From a virus (taxonomy: Duplodnaviria; Caudoviricetes), in IMG/VR virus record IMGVR_UViG_3300028886_000089, positions 5,080-69,079 of that record: a stretch of DNA of 64,000 nt; one strand, written 5' to 3'. Positions 62,844 through 64,000 of the stretch are shown in pieces. Position 1 is the stretch's first letter. Every line of letters begins with the position of its first letter. The notes under the pieces were generated by a model that saw nothing but the letters and a program-made list of their open reading frames with translations, ran no database searches and was not told the DNA's origin. Made by a program: the position numbers and the translations under genes.

Positions 62844-63905
62844 TTATACGTTCGGATACATCTCCTTATATGTCTGAGTGATTCCTTCATTCTTATAGAT
62901 AGCCCAATTGTGATAAGCAAGAATAGCTGTACCAATCTTTCTATAAGTATGAATTTCCATGGACTGGTCTGCATTGACGAAATCCCACATCTGAGTATTT
63001 CCTTCAAATACAACCTTAACAACTCTTTCACCACCTGTAGGCAGTACGTAAGCAAGTTGTGGGTCAATCCATGTCTCTACATTGTTCTCATCAACAAATG
63101 ACTGTGGAATCTGAACAATCGGAGTTCCTCTAAAGATGTTAATATATCCTTGGTTATGGATAGCATCGATATCCTGTGGGTGATATACGCCACCGTAATT
63201 GCCATTAGCAGCAACTGGAACGATAGCATCAGCGCCCATAGCAGCAACGAATTCAGGCGGTGCAAAGATAACAGCGCCAGAACCATATGCTCTAACTGTC
63301 GAAATCAGTTTCATCATTTCCTGGCCATCAAAGTCATTACCAACTGTTACGTTAGCTCTATTGTTAGCCGGAACACCCTGCTGACTTACAGCCGCGCGCA
63401 GTGCTCTTTGAACCTCTTGATATACAGCATCTGTCTGAGCCTCTGTAAGAAGCTGAACGAGTTCTGCCATATTCTCAGCACCATCAAGCATTCTCTCGAA
63501 GTCAATGCTGCAAGCTCCACCGATTGCATGACCGCTCAGTTCAAAGTAGCCATGGTCAAGTCTGAAGCTTTCATATACGCCCGAAAGACCAACCTGAGTA
63601 AGGAACTTTCTTGCTCTTGTTCTTCCAAGCTTTGTTTTGAAGAGAGCTTTCTGGCCCTGTGGAACTTGCTGAACTTCAGCAAAAATACCTACAGCGTCGA
63701 TAACTTTCTTAGGAACTACTTCATCAGCAGCCTCAATTATAATTTCATAAATGTCATATCTGTTCTTCATGAACTGATTAACGGAACCAGCTAATTCTCT
63801 GAGTCCTTCGCGAAGAGCATCATCTACGTTTTCAACAGAGAAGTTAGTTGGAGCCTGACCCTTAGCTGCATAAACAGCTAATTCTTTCATTTCTTTAATA
63901 GTCAT
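62844..63905 (-). CDS. Major capsid protein
   Basis: 353 aa, highly-expressed codon bias, GGGAGG RBS, strong terminator, head-module position. Confidence 0.7.
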   Translation of the reverse strand: MTIKEMKELAVYAAKGQAPTNFSVENVDDALREGLRELAGSVNQFMKNRYDIYEIIIEAADEVVPKKVIDAVGIFAEVQQVPQGQKALFKTKLGRTRARKFLTQVGLSGVYESFRLDHGYFELSGHAIGGACSIDFERMLDGAENMAELVQLLTEAQTDAVYQEVQRALRAAVSQQGVPANNRANVTVGNDFDGQEMMKLISTVRAYGSGAVIFAPPEFVAAMGADAIVPVAANGNYGGVYHPQDIDAIHNQGYINIFRGTPIVQIPQSFVDENNVETWIDPQLAYVLPTGGERVVKVVFEGNTQMWDFVNADQSMEIHTYRKIGTAILAYHNWAIYKNEGITQTYKEMYPNV

Positions 63906-63921
63906 TCTTCATACCTCCCTA

Positions 63922-64000
63922 TTATGCTTCAAGAACCTGGAACTTCAGAGCAAACTGATTATCCGGCATTGTTGTCTTCTCAACAACAAGCAGTACAGGA
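63922..64000 (-). CDS. C-terminal end of the upstream head gene (partial)
   Basis: ...PVLLVVEKTTMPDNQFALKFQVLEA* on -. Confidence 0.6.
   Translation of the reverse strand, partial: PVLLVVEKTTMPDNQFALKFQVLEA

Noticed and set aside
48289-63794. Plus-strand ORFs opposite the TMP and capsid genes (e.g. 51584-52036, 63150-63794)
   Set aside because: Antisense shadows of biased-codon genes.
1-64000. Stop-codon reassignment
   Set aside because: Genes are full-length in the standard code, and TAA, TGA and TAG all end genes.
1-64000. CRISPR array, tRNA genes, integrase, reverse transcriptase/DGR template
   Set aside because: I saw no regularly spaced repeats, cloverleafs, recombinase or RT ORFs, or TR/VR pair in this window by eye. 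tRNAscan and repeat searches were not run.

Overview
64 kb segment of a large, AT-rich (roughly one-third GC by eye) siphovirus-type phage genome. The host is probably an anaerobic Bacillota/Clostridia species, inferred from SigA-type TTGACA-17-TATAAT promoters, GGAGG RBSs and a class III RNR. There are three blocks. (i) Minus-strand head/neck/tail genes at 64000-47261: capsid, connectors, two tail-tube paralogues and a 3430-aa tape measure. (ii) A plus-strand ~35 kb replication/nucleotide block at 12438-47220: UvrD, GyrB/GyrA, SSB-like protein, Sak4-like ATPase, DnaB, primase, RecJ, two DNA MTases, DnaE, NrdD/G with a formate channel, ThyX-like protein, dUTPase and RuvC. (iii) Minus-strand distal-tail/fibre genes at 12342-1, including an untracked 527+ aa fibre ORF starting at 1582. 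The most notable observations are these. First, insertions that leave duplicated ends of core genes: a RecJ C-terminus ahead of each methyltransferase, a GyrA N-terminus replaced by a Vsr-like homing endonuclease element, and a GyrB C-terminal stub. Second, a strong excess of all-GC palindromes (GCGGCCGC, CGCGCGCG, GCGCGC, CGGCCG), mostly at synonymous positions. Third, an FNT channel inside nrdD-nrdG and a radical-SAM-like protein that lacks its Fe-S motif. Fourth, a candidate CTACTTA late-promoter motif. All family calls come from motif recognition and all counts are manual; no searches were run.
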